Assembly (NCBI GenBank): GCA_965217775.1
Contig: CBDCJH010000002.1
Span: 5,920,001-5,984,000 of the forward strand
Source: Acidobacteriota bacterium
GTDB taxonomy: Bacteria; Acidobacteriota; UBA6911; RPQK01; JAJDTT01
DNA length: 64,000 nt
Direction of reading: 5' to 3'
Part shown: positions 18,546 through 28,300 of the stretch, piece by piece
Layout of the letters: every line of letters begins with the position of its first letter
Numbering within the stretch: position 1 is the stretch's first letter
Made by a program: the position numbers and the translations under genes
The notes under the pieces: generated by a model
What the model saw: the letters and a program-made list of their open reading frames with translations, nothing else
Told to the model about the DNA's origin: nothing
Database searches by the model: none

Positions 18546-18788
18546 GTGATCAAGGATTTGCTGCCCAGACAGGTCGTGTGCAACGAGAGAAATGCCAAGG
18601 GCAAGCCCTGCCACGGCAAGTTGAAACGATATTATCCGTTTGCCGGATACTACAACGAGCCCGATAAAACGCTCCGGCAGGAAATCGAGAGCGAGTTCGG
18701 AAAGAAAAAGACTTTGGTGCTGCTCAAGTGCGAGGAGTGCGCCGTCGTATTCCGGCTGCCTGGGGAATTGAAGGTCAAGTTCGGCTGA
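18546..18788 (+). CDS. Small Cys-containing hypothetical protein, possibly zinc-binding
   Basis: GTG behind GGAAGGAAG; C-x9-C...CEEC; ORF extends to 18492. Confidence 0.6.
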   Translation: MIKDLLPRQVVCNERNAKGKPCHGKLKRYYPFAGYYNEPDKTLRQEIESEFGKKKTLVLLKCEECAVVFRLPGELKVKFG

Positions 18789-18887
18789 ACCGAGTCCGGA
18801 CCCCGCACCAATTACTGCGTAGTACTTATTCTGCTTTCATCTCACGGGACTGCTGGCCGAGTCTGCCAGCGGCCCCTGTCTGCCGTC

Positions 18888-19511
18888 GTGCTCCAGATGC
18901 AGATTTACACCGATTTTGACGGAACCATTACCGATCGGGACTCTATCGTCCTGCTGGTCCAGGAGTTCGGAGGCGGCGACCGCTATCGGCGAGACCTGCT
19001 GGCCGAATTCGAGAACGGGACCCTGTCGGCGGCCGAGGTGATCGCCGAGGAGATCGCCTCGGTCGACGCCTCGTGGGAAGAGGTCGCCGCCTGTCTCAAG
19101 CAAATGGTCCGAGTCGACCCCACTTTTCCCGGGTTCGTGAACTGGTGCCGCGAATCTTCGATTCCTCTCCGTGTCGTCAGTTCGGGGCTGGAGCAGATCA
19201 TCAACTTCATGATCGGAGACCTGGGGTTGCCTGTCGTGGCGCATACGGCCCGGATCGACGGTCGGAGTTGGCGCTACTATCGGCGGCCGGAGTCGGAGAA
19301 GGAGTCGGTGGTGCGGGCGGCGAGCGAGGCCGATGAGGTCACCTTCATCGGCGACGGCATATCGGATATCTGTGTTCTCCCCTATGTGGATCGCGTCTTT
19401 GCAAAACGCTACCTGGAAAAGTATTGCCGGAAACGGAGTATCGACTTTTTCCCCTACGACACCTTCCAGGACGTCCGGAACCAGTTGCAGGCCGAGTTCC
19501 AATCGGACTGA
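18888..19511 (+). CDS. HAD-IB phosphatase, MtnX-like
   Basis: DFDGTIT motif I, VVSSG, IGDGISD, VFAK. Confidence 0.88.
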   Translation: MLQMQIYTDFDGTITDRDSIVLLVQEFGGGDRYRRDLLAEFENGTLSAAEVIAEEIASVDASWEEVAACLKQMVRVDPTFPGFVNWCRESSIPLRVVSSGLEQIINFMIGDLGLPVVAHTARIDGRSWRYYRRPESEKESVVRAASEADEVTFIGDGISDICVLPYVDRVFAKRYLEKYCRKRSIDFFPYDTFQDVRNQLQAEFQSD

Positions 19512-19513
19512 TT

Positions 19514-20542
19514 TCACACTGGCCAGTACGGGCTCAGGACGGGACGGAGCTGATCCATATAGGGCACTGAATTCGGACTGGGTTCCAGCTCGGGACCGGC
19601 TTCCGGCGGGTCCATGCCGGCGGCCACCGTAGTCCCCACAGAGGCGGCCAAGGCCTTCAGGTTGTAGCCGCCTTCCAGCACGTAGAGAATCCTGCCGCCG
19701 CAGATCTTCCCGGCGGCACGGTTCAGATCCACCGCCATCCTGGCGTAGCCTCGCTCATCCAACAGCATTCCGGCCAGGGGATCATCCCGGTGGGCGTCGA
19801 ATCCCGCGGAAACCAGAATCAACTCGGGCTCGTAGCTGACCAGGACGGGCAGCACCATGCCGAGCAGCAGGGAGGAATAGAAGCCGTTGTTCTGACCGGC
19901 GGGAATCGGGAAATTGACCGTCATCCCCTTGCCTTTCCCCACGCCCACTTCGGTGTAGTAGCCGGTTCCCGGGTACAGAGGGTGCTGGTGCATGGACACG
20001 TAGAGAACGTCGTCCCGGTGGTAGAAGGCGGCCTGGGTGCCATTGCCATGGTGGACATCGAAGTCGACGATGGCCAAGCGCCGAACCAGACCCTGGTCCA
20101 GGGCCCACTGGGCGCCCACGGCCACGTTGTTGAAGAGGCAGAAACCCATCGCCTTCCCCGGTTCGGCGTGGTGGCCGGGTGGCCTGACGGCCGCGAACCC
20201 GGAGTCGAGGTCTCCTCGAAAGAGAAGCTCGATCATTCGAATGACGCTCCCTGCGGCCAGCAGCGCCACGTCAGGGGAAGCTCCGCCCGAATAGGTGTCC
20301 CAGTCCAGGGGATGGAGCGGTTGATATCGTGTCCCCCGGATATTGGCCACGTGGTCTTGCGTGTGGACCCGGAGGACGGCCTCTTCGGGTGCGGGCACGG
20401 GCGCCACTTGCACTAAACGGTTGAATGCCGAGTGAGCGGACAGTCTCTGGGAGATGGCTCGGAGCCTGTCCGGACGTTCGGGATGCTCAGGTGGGACCTG
20501 GTGTTCGAGGAAGACCGGATCCGACACCAGGCCATAGCGCAT
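19514..20542 (-). CDS. Histone deacetylase-family (class II-like) amidohydrolase
   Basis: HPERPDRL, RPPGHHA, GFCLFNN, DFDVHHGNGTQ, SAGFDAH, LEGGY; ATG overlaps the queE stop. Confidence 0.95.
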   Translation of the reverse strand: MRYGLVSDPVFLEHQVPPEHPERPDRLRAISQRLSAHSAFNRLVQVAPVPAPEEAVLRVHTQDHVANIRGTRYQPLHPLDWDTYSGGASPDVALLAAGSVIRMIELLFRGDLDSGFAAVRPPGHHAEPGKAMGFCLFNNVAVGAQWALDQGLVRRLAIVDFDVHHGNGTQAAFYHRDDVLYVSMHQHPLYPGTGYYTEVGVGKGKGMTVNFPIPAGQNNGFYSSLLLGMVLPVLVSYEPELILVSAGFDAHRDDPLAGMLLDERGYARMAVDLNRAAGKICGGRILYVLEGGYNLKALAASVGTTVAAGMDPPEAGPELEPSPNSVPYMDQLRPVLSPYWPV

Positions 20543-21216
20543 CAGACCCCTCTCGTCTCGGCTCCCCAGAAGATCTTGTGCAACTGCACCTGGATCCGGA
20601 CGGGAAGACCGTCCTCCAGGATCCAGCGGGCCAGCCGCCCGGCCTCCATGCGATTCCATTCCGGCGAAAACAGGACCAGGTGCCTCCGGGTCAGTTCCAG
20701 CTCGAGGGTCTTCCGTTTGGCCCACTCGTAGTCGTGCCGCGTGGAAATCACGAACTTGATTTCATCGTGCGGTCGCAGGTGATCCAGGTTCTCCCAACGA
20801 TTTCGTCCCTCCATGAGGCTGTCCGGACACTTGATGTCGTAGATCAGGACCGCTCTGGGATCCACCGGACGGATGTCCAGGCTGCCCCCGGTCTCGATCA
20901 GGACCCTTTTGCCCGCGTTCAGAAGCCTCTCTACGAGGGTGTGCGCCCGGGAGTGAAGCAGGGGCTCTCCTCCCGTGATCTCCACCAGGTCGGTAGGGTA
21001 CTGCTCCAATCTGCCGGCGATCTGCGACAGCGACATCCGGATGCCCCCCTCGAAGGCGTATTCGGTATCGCAGTAGTTGCACCTGAGATTGCAGCCGGTC
21101 AGCCGCACGAACGCGCAGGGTTGCCCGCTGTAACTGGATTCTCCCTGGATGCTGAAGAAGATCTCGGTGACGGGGAGAGTCCCGGTCTTTCGGTCTGTCG
21201 AGGCGGCGATGCTCAT
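20542..21216 (-). CDS. queE: 7-carboxy-7-deazaguanine synthase (radical SAM)
   Basis: EIFFSIQGE, FVRLTGCNLRCNYCDT, ITGGEPL, QLHKIFW. Confidence 0.9.
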   Translation of the reverse strand: MSIAASTDRKTGTLPVTEIFFSIQGESSYSGQPCAFVRLTGCNLRCNYCDTEYAFEGGIRMSLSQIAGRLEQYPTDLVEITGGEPLLHSRAHTLVERLLNAGKRVLIETGGSLDIRPVDPRAVLIYDIKCPDSLMEGRNRWENLDHLRPHDEIKFVISTRHDYEWAKRKTLELELTRRHLVLFSPEWNRMEAGRLARWILEDGLPVRIQVQLHKIFWGAETRGV

Positions 21217-21374
21217 CAGTGCCTCCCGTAGTATACCCGGGACGAAGAGGACAGGAGGAAAAGAGGACGGAGATAAGAGAATGGGAGGCGGCGGCATGGG
21301 AAGGATGGGCGCATGCCGTGACGGATTTCACCTGAGGCTGCTAGAATCGGAAAAAAGATCAAGGAGACACCCAG

Positions 21375-23120
21375 ATGAGTTGGAGTGGCCGGATGGCCGT
21401 CGGCGTGGTTGCGGTCGCGGCGTTTTCGTTCGTATTTCCCCGGGTCGGCAGGGAAATTCGGGACGAGTACGTTCAGCGTTTCGAGAACAAGGCGGTCTTT
21501 CTGAAGGTTCCGGTCCGCGGACTGCAGCAGGTGGTCCACGTCTTGGATTCCGGCGCCAAGCTCGACCGGGGGAACCTGAACCAACCGGTGAGCTTCAAGG
21601 TCGGGGATCAGGTTCGGATCATCGACGTGAATTTCAGGGACAAAATGGTCCGGTTCCGATTCTCATCCGTGGACACGACCCGTGAGGGTTCGTTGGAATT
21701 CCGGTTTCCCGTCTCGACACAACAAACTTTCCCCCAGAGAGAGAACTTCGAAAAAAGCCTGGCGAGCAGCCTGACCGAAGGACTTTCCTACAAGGAGTTG
21801 GAATCCGCCAAAGGAGAGTTCATCCGGGGGCAGGTGAAGACTCTGGTCCGCGAATTCGCCACGACCACCAACACTCCGGATGAGGTGGTGCTGCGGACCA
21901 TCGTGGAGGACAGCCCTCAGTACCAGGCTCTGGAGCGGGAGTATTCTCAGATCCAAAAGAAAAACCAGGTCCTCGATCGGGACGTGTCCCGGTTGGGACG
22001 GGCCAGTCGAGAGCAACGCGCGCAGATCGCGGACATGACGGTCGAACTGGACCGTCTCAGAACCCAGGTCCGGGAATTGGAGCGGGACCAGAACCTGGCG
22101 ACCAGGACCCGGCGATCTCTGGAAGGGCAGTTGAAGGACGCCCAGGTCAAGATGCACGAGCTCTTGGGCAGCCTCAATCTCGAGTCGGCCTCGAACGCCG
22201 AGCTGGACAACCGGATGCAGTCGTTGAGCGCGGGCATCGAGTCGGCGCGCCGGGAGCGGGAGAAGCTCTCGGAGGATTTGGCACAGGCCCGCGCCGACTT
22301 GAACGAGCGGGAACATGCCAATTCGAAGCTCACCGCCGACTTGAAGAAGGTCCGGGACCGGAACCGGCGGCTCTCCTCGGAACTCCGGAGTCTGACCTCC
22401 AACAAGGACAGCATTCAGTCCCAGTTTCTGCAGGCCAAACGGCAGAGCGACGCCTTGGAGATGGCCTCTCGCCTGAGCGCCGGCCTGCGTCTGGAGAGGT
22501 CGTTCCAGGAGCTGGAGGGACGGCCTTTGGAAATTGCCGACCTCTATTTGCTTTCCAAACGGGTCGGCCGGTTTGAGATCGAGACTCCGGATCATCCAGG
22601 ACAGATCTGCAGGATTAAGTTTCTGATGGAGTCTCCGGACCGGGTGGAATTCCAGGAGGAAGAACGGGTCCTATTCGATTCCCTGGGAGAACGTTTCAAG
22701 ATTGAGCCATCCTGGTCCTTTGCGGGTGACCGGCTGAGGGCGGTTCTCATGGAGGGGGAGGCGGCCAGGGAGGCCAAGCCCCGCGAGGCGGTCGAGTGGA
22801 CCTGGATTTTGGAAGGTGAAATCTCGGAACCGGAGCGGGCTCAGTTGCGGGTTCTATTCGTCAACTCGGACGATCAGAAAATCTCTCTGGATCCCCATGA
22901 GTTCTATTTGACGCCACCGGGGCTGATGTCCTATCTGATCCGTAGCTTTTCGCCCGTCTCCCTGGGGGCGGGCGTGTTCCTGGGTCTGGTTTTCGCCGGG
23001 GTTGCCGGACTCTTCCGGAGACGTTCTTCTTCCAAGTCTTCCAAACCTTCCAAGCGCAGGCCGACTCAGCCGGCTCCGGAAAAGCCCGATCGCGAATACG
23101 TGATCAAGAAAAAGCTTTAG
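21375..23120 (+). CDS. Exported long coiled-coil protein with C-terminal membrane anchor
   Basis: N-terminal hydrophobic segment, long heptad region, C-terminal TM followed by RRR and a basic tail. Confidence 0.75.
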   Translation: MSWSGRMAVGVVAVAAFSFVFPRVGREIRDEYVQRFENKAVFLKVPVRGLQQVVHVLDSGAKLDRGNLNQPVSFKVGDQVRIIDVNFRDKMVRFRFSSVDTTREGSLEFRFPVSTQQTFPQRENFEKSLASSLTEGLSYKELESAKGEFIRGQVKTLVREFATTTNTPDEVVLRTIVEDSPQYQALEREYSQIQKKNQVLDRDVSRLGRASREQRAQIADMTVELDRLRTQVRELERDQNLATRTRRSLEGQLKDAQVKMHELLGSLNLESASNAELDNRMQSLSAGIESARREREKLSEDLAQARADLNEREHANSKLTADLKKVRDRNRRLSSELRSLTSNKDSIQSQFLQAKRQSDALEMASRLSAGLRLERSFQELEGRPLEIADLYLLSKRVGRFEIETPDHPGQICRIKFLMESPDRVEFQEEERVLFDSLGERFKIEPSWSFAGDRLRAVLMEGEAAREAKPREAVEWTWILEGEISEPERAQLRVLFVNSDDQKISLDPHEFYLTPPGLMSYLIRSFSPVSLGAGVFLGLVFAGVAGLFRRRSSSKSSKPSKRRPTQPAPEKPDREYVIKKKL

Positions 23121-23131
23121 TCTGATGCTCT

Positions 23132-23782
23132 ATGGTCAACCGTAAGGAAGCCCGTCGCGTCTTTGAGATCATCCGCCTCCTGGAGCAGGAGTACGGAGAG
23201 GCCGAGTGCGCTCTCCATCACGAGGACGCCTACCAACTCCTTGTGGCCACCATTCTCTCCGCCCAGTGCACCGATGCCCGGGTGAACATGGTGACTCCGG
23301 CCCTCTTTCGCCGATTTCCCGATCCCCACGCTCTGGCCCAAGCGGAGCTGGACGAACTCCAGGAAATCATACGCAGCACGGGATTCTTCAGGAACAAGGC
23401 TCGGAGCCTTCAGGGATCCGCCAGAAGGCTGGTGGACGAGTTCGACGGAGAAGTTCCATCGAACATGCCGGACCTTCTGAAGCTGCCCGGAGTGGCCCGG
23501 AAGACGGCCAACGTGGTTCTGGGCACCGCTTACGGCATCGCCACCGGAGTGGTGGTGGATACGCACGTAGGCCGTCTCTCCAGACGATTGGGGCTGACCT
23601 ACGAAAAGACTCCGGTGAAGGTGGAAAAGGATCTGATGGGCATGATTCCCCGTGAAGAGTGGATCAACTTCGCACACCGTCTGATCCACCACGGGAGGCG
23701 GGTCTGCCAGTCTCGACGTCCCCGCTGCGGAGAATGCGCTTTCGCCGACCTCTGCCCAAGAGTTGGAGTGACGATTTCCTGA
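23132..23782 (+). CDS. nth: Endonuclease III
   Basis: LSAQCTD, LPGVARKTANVV (HhH), VDTHV, C-x6-C-x2-C-x5-C Fe-S motif. Confidence 0.97.
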   Translation: MVNRKEARRVFEIIRLLEQEYGEAECALHHEDAYQLLVATILSAQCTDARVNMVTPALFRRFPDPHALAQAELDELQEIIRSTGFFRNKARSLQGSARRLVDEFDGEVPSNMPDLLKLPGVARKTANVVLGTAYGIATGVVVDTHVGRLSRRLGLTYEKTPVKVEKDLMGMIPREEWINFAHRLIHHGRRVCQSRRPRCGECAFADLCPRVGVTIS

Positions 23783-23790
23783 GACGAATT

Positions 23791-23819
23791 GGGCGCCCAC
23801 ACACACGGGGCGCCCCTAC
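23791..23819 (-). repeat. GTAG-type REP-like palindrome between convergent nth and thiD
   Basis: GGGCGCCCACACACACGGGGCGCCCCTAC; minus strand starts GTAGGGGCGCCCC. Confidence 0.7.
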
Positions 23820-24631
23820 GCGCTCCCCTCTTGGCCCCAGAGAGCGTGGAAGTGTCCCAGCGGTCCGCTACCCGCTCCCAGCCGCAGGGAATGGCGAATC
23901 GCCTCGGTGACGTACTCCTTGGCGCGGCGAACCGATTGCTCCAGTCCACTTCCCCGGGCCAGATGTGCGGCGACGGCGGAGGCGAAGGTGCAGCCGCTGC
24001 CGTGGGTGTCTCGGGAGGGAAGACGGGGTCCCTCCAGCCGAACCTGGCCGGTTTCGGTGAAGAGCAAGTCGGTCGAACTTTCCGGATCCCTGAAGTGGCC
24101 CCCCTTGATGACGACGGCTCGGGGGCCCATGTCCAGCAGCGATCGAGCCGCTTGGGCGGCATCGTCCTCGGAACGGATCTCTCGTCCGGCCAACTGTTCC
24201 GACTCGTGCAGGTTGGGAGTCAGGACCAGGGCGAGGGGGAAGAGGAGGGACTTCATCCGGGATACGGCTTCCGCGCTGGCCAGCGCATGGCCGTAGCCGC
24301 TCTGAATGACCGGGTCCACCACGACCCGCTCCAGACGGTGGCGCCGGATCCGGTCCGACACCGCCTCAACGGTTTCGGGAGTCGGGATCATCCCGGTCTT
24401 GACGGAGTCGACTCCTGGGTCCCGGACGGCGGCATCGATCTGGCGGGCCACGTGCCCGGCGGGAAGCGGATACACTTCATGCACGCGACAGGTGTCTTGC
24501 ACCGTGGTCGCCGTGATCGCGCTCATCCCATGCACACCGAGCGCGGCGAAGGTCTTCAGATCGGCCTGGATTCCGGCACAGCCGCCGCTGTCGGAGCCGG
24601 CGACGGTAAGTGCGCAGGGAATCGACCTCAC
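23816..24631 (-). CDS. thiD: Hydroxymethylpyrimidine/phosphomethylpyrimidine kinase
   Basis: ALTVAGSDSGG.AGIQADLKTF, VKTGM, TPNLHE, KGGH, THGSGCTFASA; GTG overlaps the upstream stop (GTGA). Confidence 0.95.
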   Translation of the reverse strand: MRSIPCALTVAGSDSGGCAGIQADLKTFAALGVHGMSAITATTVQDTCRVHEVYPLPAGHVARQIDAAVRDPGVDSVKTGMIPTPETVEAVSDRIRRHRLERVVVDPVIQSGYGHALASAEAVSRMKSLLFPLALVLTPNLHESEQLAGREIRSEDDAAQAARSLLDMGPRAVVIKGGHFRDPESSTDLLFTETGQVRLEGPRLPSRDTHGSGCTFASAVAAHLARGSGLEQSVRRAKEYVTEAIRHSLRLGAGSGPLGHFHALWGQEGSA

Positions 24632-25839
24632 CGGCGGCGAGTCCCGCTCCGGCCGCTCCCGTCCCGCAGCCGCTGGAGCCGGCTTCGAGCCTCCGCCAAC
24701 ACGTCCATGGTCTTGCAGAAGGCGAAACGGATGAGTCGCTTTCCCTGCTGCTTGCCAGGCCGGTAGAAGCTGCTGCCGGGGACGGCCGCAACCCCGTAGT
24801 CCCGGACCAGCTCGGCGGCGAAGTCGACGTCGTCCTTGTCGGTCACCCGGGAGATGTCGGCCATGATGTAGTAGGCTCCGGCCGGCTTCCAGATTCGGAA
24901 CCCCACTTCGACCAGCGTCTCCATGAGAAAGTCCCGACGTTCGAGATAGTCGTGCGCCAACTGCCGGTAGTAGTCGGATTCCATGGCCAGAGCCGTGACT
25001 CCCGCCTCCTGCAGGGGCGCCGGGGAGCCCACCGTCAGAAAGTCGTGCATCTTCCGGATGGCTCCGGCGAGGTGGCCCGGTGCGATGGTGTACCCGACGC
25101 GCCATCCAGTCACGCTGAAGGTCTTGGAGAGAGCGCTGATGGTGACGGTTCTCTCTTGCATGCCCGGAAGCAGGGCGATGGGCTGGTGGACGTGCCCGTC
25201 ATACAAGATGTGCTCGTAGATCTCGTCGGTGAACACGTAAAAGTCGTACTTGACCGCCAACTCGGCGATCCGGTTCAGCTCGTCGCCGTTGAAGACCTTT
25301 CCCGACGGGTTGTTGGGAGAGTTGAGGATGAGGGCCCGCAGCCGGCCGCGATCGCAGGCTTCGCGGATGGTTCCTTCCAACACGTCGAAATCCAGAGCCC
25401 AGTCGGTTTCGGAATCCAGGGAGACATAGATGGCAGAAGCCCCGGCAATGATGGAATCGGGGCCGTAGTTCTCGTAGAAGGGTTCGAACACCAGGACCTG
25501 TTCGCCGGGATTGACCAGGGCCAGCATGGTGGAAATCATGCACTCGGTGGAACCGCAGGCAACCGTCACCTCCACATCGGGGTCGACGTCCCAACCGTAG
25601 TCCCGGCGGTACTTTTCGGCCACGGCCCGGCGGAAGGACGGGGCCCCCCAGGTGACGGCGTATTGATTGATGTCCTCCTGGATCGCCCGGCAAGCGGCAT
25701 CCTTGACGACTTGGGGCGCAGCGAAATTGGGGTAGCCCTGGGCCAGGTTGATGGCGCCGTGTTCGTACGCCAGACGGGTCATCTCCCGGATCACCGACTC
25801 GGTGAATCGGGAGGCCTTCTCACCAATGTATTGTTTCAA
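24628..25839 (-). CDS. PLP-dependent class I/II aminotransferase
   Basis: AINLAQGYP, NSPNNPSG, DEIYEH, SKTFSVTGWRVG, IRFAFCK. Confidence 0.93.
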   Translation of the reverse strand: MKQYIGEKASRFTESVIREMTRLAYEHGAINLAQGYPNFAAPQVVKDAACRAIQEDINQYAVTWGAPSFRRAVAEKYRRDYGWDVDPDVEVTVACGSTECMISTMLALVNPGEQVLVFEPFYENYGPDSIIAGASAIYVSLDSETDWALDFDVLEGTIREACDRGRLRALILNSPNNPSGKVFNGDELNRIAELAVKYDFYVFTDEIYEHILYDGHVHQPIALLPGMQERTVTISALSKTFSVTGWRVGYTIAPGHLAGAIRKMHDFLTVGSPAPLQEAGVTALAMESDYYRQLAHDYLERRDFLMETLVEVGFRIWKPAGAYYIMADISRVTDKDDVDFAAELVRDYGVAAVPGSSFYRPGKQQGKRLIRFAFCKTMDVLAEARSRLQRLRDGSGRSGTRRR

Positions 25840-26057
25840 ATCAGTTGCCTCGGGTCCGGTTCACATGGTCCCGAAAAGCGACACGCTTCGGGAACCTGCC
25901 GGAAAGAGTACGCTTGCGACGGTCCGTCCCGCAAGAGCCGGCCGGGAGCGGGTCCGTGGACGGCAATCGCCGCCGCCGAAACTTGACTATTCCTCTCCCG
26001 GTTGGCTATGTCATGGGCGGAAACGCGGTCGATGGGATCGGTCTACGGAGAGATGTC

Positions 26058-27194
26058 ATGATGAACCTGACGATACTGGGGGGAGGGAACACCGCTTTTG
26101 CCGTCGCCGCCAACTTGAGCCTCCGCGGCTTCCAGGTGACGATCTGCGAGCACCCCGACTTTGCTCATACCCTCGACCCGGTCCGAGCCGAGGGAAGGAT
26201 CCTGCTGGACGGCGTGGCGTCTCGCGGCCGAGCCCGTATCCACGCCCTGACCACCGATTTCCAGGAAGGTCTGGAAAACGACCTGCTCCTGCTCATCGTT
26301 CCCGCGTATGCCCACCGTCCCTTCGCCCTGGCCTGCTCCCCCTACCTGAGAGAGGGGCATACCCTGGTCCTGCTTCCGGGAACCCTGGGGACTTTGGAGT
26401 TCCACACCCGGTTGCGGGAGGGAGGCCGGAACTTGTCCGGGATCACGCTGGCCGAAACCGACACGGCTCCCTACGTCTGCCGAAAGCTGACCCCCGACTC
26501 GGCCCACATCTGGGGGGTCGTCTCCTCGTTGGGTCTCGGGGTCCTGCCGAAGTCGGAGACGGACCGGACCAGGGACCTGCTGCGGTCCATCTTCACTGTC
26601 GACGGTCTGGGTGAGCCCGGCGGGGAAGACGATTCCGCAGTCACCTGCTACGGCAATGTTCTGGAGTGCGGTCTGAGCGCCATGAACCCGGTGGTCCACC
26701 CTCCCGGTGTGCTCATGAACGCCGGCCGGGTGGAGTATTCCAGGGGAGATTTCTACTTCTACGAAGAGGGAGTCACGCCGGGGGTGTGCAATGCCATCTA
26801 CGGCGTCGACCGGGAGCGCCGCGAGGTGGGCCGGGCACTCGGATTCGAGCTGTCGGTCGTGGAGGAGGCCTTTTTCTCCGCCGGGTTCGGTCCCAAGGGC
26901 GATCTCTGGAGCACCATCAACGGCAGCCGCATGCTGACCCAGTTGAGGGCTCCGGGCGAGCTGGGCAGCCGCTGGTTGACCGAAGACGTGCCCTATGGAC
27001 TGGGAGCGTGGAGCTCGCTGGGCCGCCACTTGGGTGTAGCGACCCCGCTCATGGATGGTCTGGTGGCGCTCGCGTCCGCGGCGCTGAGAGAGGACTTCAG
27101 GGCCTCCAGCCGGACCGTCGAGCGGCTGGGAATTGCCGGAATGGGGCGGGACTCCTTGCTTCGCTTCGTGGAAACCGGGGAGCTGCCGGCATGA
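26058..27194 (+). CDS. NAD/NADP octopine/nopaline (opine) dehydrogenase family protein
   Basis: ILGGGNTA Rossmann motif, AETDTAPY, MNPVVHPPG.LMN, FYFYEEG, RWLTEDVPYGL. Confidence 0.88.
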   Translation: MMNLTILGGGNTAFAVAANLSLRGFQVTICEHPDFAHTLDPVRAEGRILLDGVASRGRARIHALTTDFQEGLENDLLLLIVPAYAHRPFALACSPYLREGHTLVLLPGTLGTLEFHTRLREGGRNLSGITLAETDTAPYVCRKLTPDSAHIWGVVSSLGLGVLPKSETDRTRDLLRSIFTVDGLGEPGGEDDSAVTCYGNVLECGLSAMNPVVHPPGVLMNAGRVEYSRGDFYFYEEGVTPGVCNAIYGVDRERREVGRALGFELSVVEEAFFSAGFGPKGDLWSTINGSRMLTQLRAPGELGSRWLTEDVPYGLGAWSSLGRHLGVATPLMDGLVALASAALREDFRASSRTVERLGIAGMGRDSLLRFVETGELPA

Positions 27195-28237
27195 GAGCGT
27201 GCCGGATCGCCGAGGCCAGCGTCGGCGGGATCGAGAGCCTGGTCCTGGAGAACGAGCACCTGGAGGTGGTCGTGCTGGTGGGGAAGGGGACGGACATCTT
27301 CTCCTTCCGCCACCGGGCCAGCGGCACGGACTTTCTCTGGAAGGCCCCCTGGGGAGTGAGAGATCCCGCCACCACCATCCAGGACACGGCCAATTCGGCT
27401 TCTTCCTTCCTCGATTATTATTTCGGGGGCTGGCAGGAGCTCTTTCCCAACGCGGGAGCCGGCTGCACCTATCGGGGTGCCGAGTTGGGGGTTCACGGCG
27501 AGGCCTGCAAGGTGCCCTGGTCCTGGCAGATCACGGAAGAGACCTCCCGCAGGATCTCGGTCCGCTTCCGGGCCCGAATGGTGCGGACGCCTTTCCTGCT
27601 GGAAAAGCAGCTGACTCTGGAGGCCGGCCGGGCCGTGCTCCTGATCGAGGAGACGGTCACCAACGAGGGTGCGGATGCAGTCGATTTCATCTGGGGACAC
27701 CATCCGGCCCTGGGAGCTCCGTTCCTGAGCGGCCACTGCCGACTCTATACCCCGGCTCGGGTCGTGGAGACGGATGACTCCAACCTTTTCCTCGCCCCCC
27801 GACGGCGTTTCGAGTCCTATCCCATGATCGAGACTGTGGATGGAGCGCCCTTCGACGTCTCCCGGATTCCGCCCCCGTCGGCGCGGGTCACCATGCAGAG
27901 CTTTCTGCGGGAGTTGGCGGAGGGTTGGTACGCTCTGGTCAACCAGGAGAGCGGACTCGGGTTCGCCCTGTCCTGGGACCTGGAGGTGTTTCCCTGTCTC
28001 TGGCTCTGGGAGGAACTGTGCGGGTCCGCGGACTATCCGTGGTGGGGACGATGTTACGTGGCCGGAATCGAGCCCAACAGCACGCCCACGGGCGGGGGTC
28101 TGGCGGAGGCGGTGGAGAACGGGACCCAACACCGGTTGCCGGCGGGGAAATCGCTCCATTCCATTCTGTGCGCCACGGCGTTCGAGACCCAGGGGGAACC
28201 GCGGCGCGTCGACCCCGAAGGCCGGATCGAGTACTGA
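27191..28237 (+). CDS. Aldose 1-epimerase-like (DUF4432 / galactose mutarotase fold) protein
   Basis: LENEHLEVVVL..KG.DI, GGWQELFPN, HGE, WGHHPA, GIEP; ATGA overlap with the opine dehydrogenase. Confidence 0.85.
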   Translation: MRACRIAEASVGGIESLVLENEHLEVVVLVGKGTDIFSFRHRASGTDFLWKAPWGVRDPATTIQDTANSASSFLDYYFGGWQELFPNAGAGCTYRGAELGVHGEACKVPWSWQITEETSRRISVRFRARMVRTPFLLEKQLTLEAGRAVLLIEETVTNEGADAVDFIWGHHPALGAPFLSGHCRLYTPARVVETDDSNLFLAPRRRFESYPMIETVDGAPFDVSRIPPPSARVTMQSFLRELAEGWYALVNQESGLGFALSWDLEVFPCLWLWEELCGSADYPWWGRCYVAGIEPNSTPTGGGLAEAVENGTQHRLPAGKSLHSILCATAFETQGEPRRVDPEGRIEY

Positions 28238-28300
28238 CCCGGAGGTTGCCATCATCTGCCGTCGGCACGGGCGGCTTCGAGGCGCAAAAAGGAGGATCTG

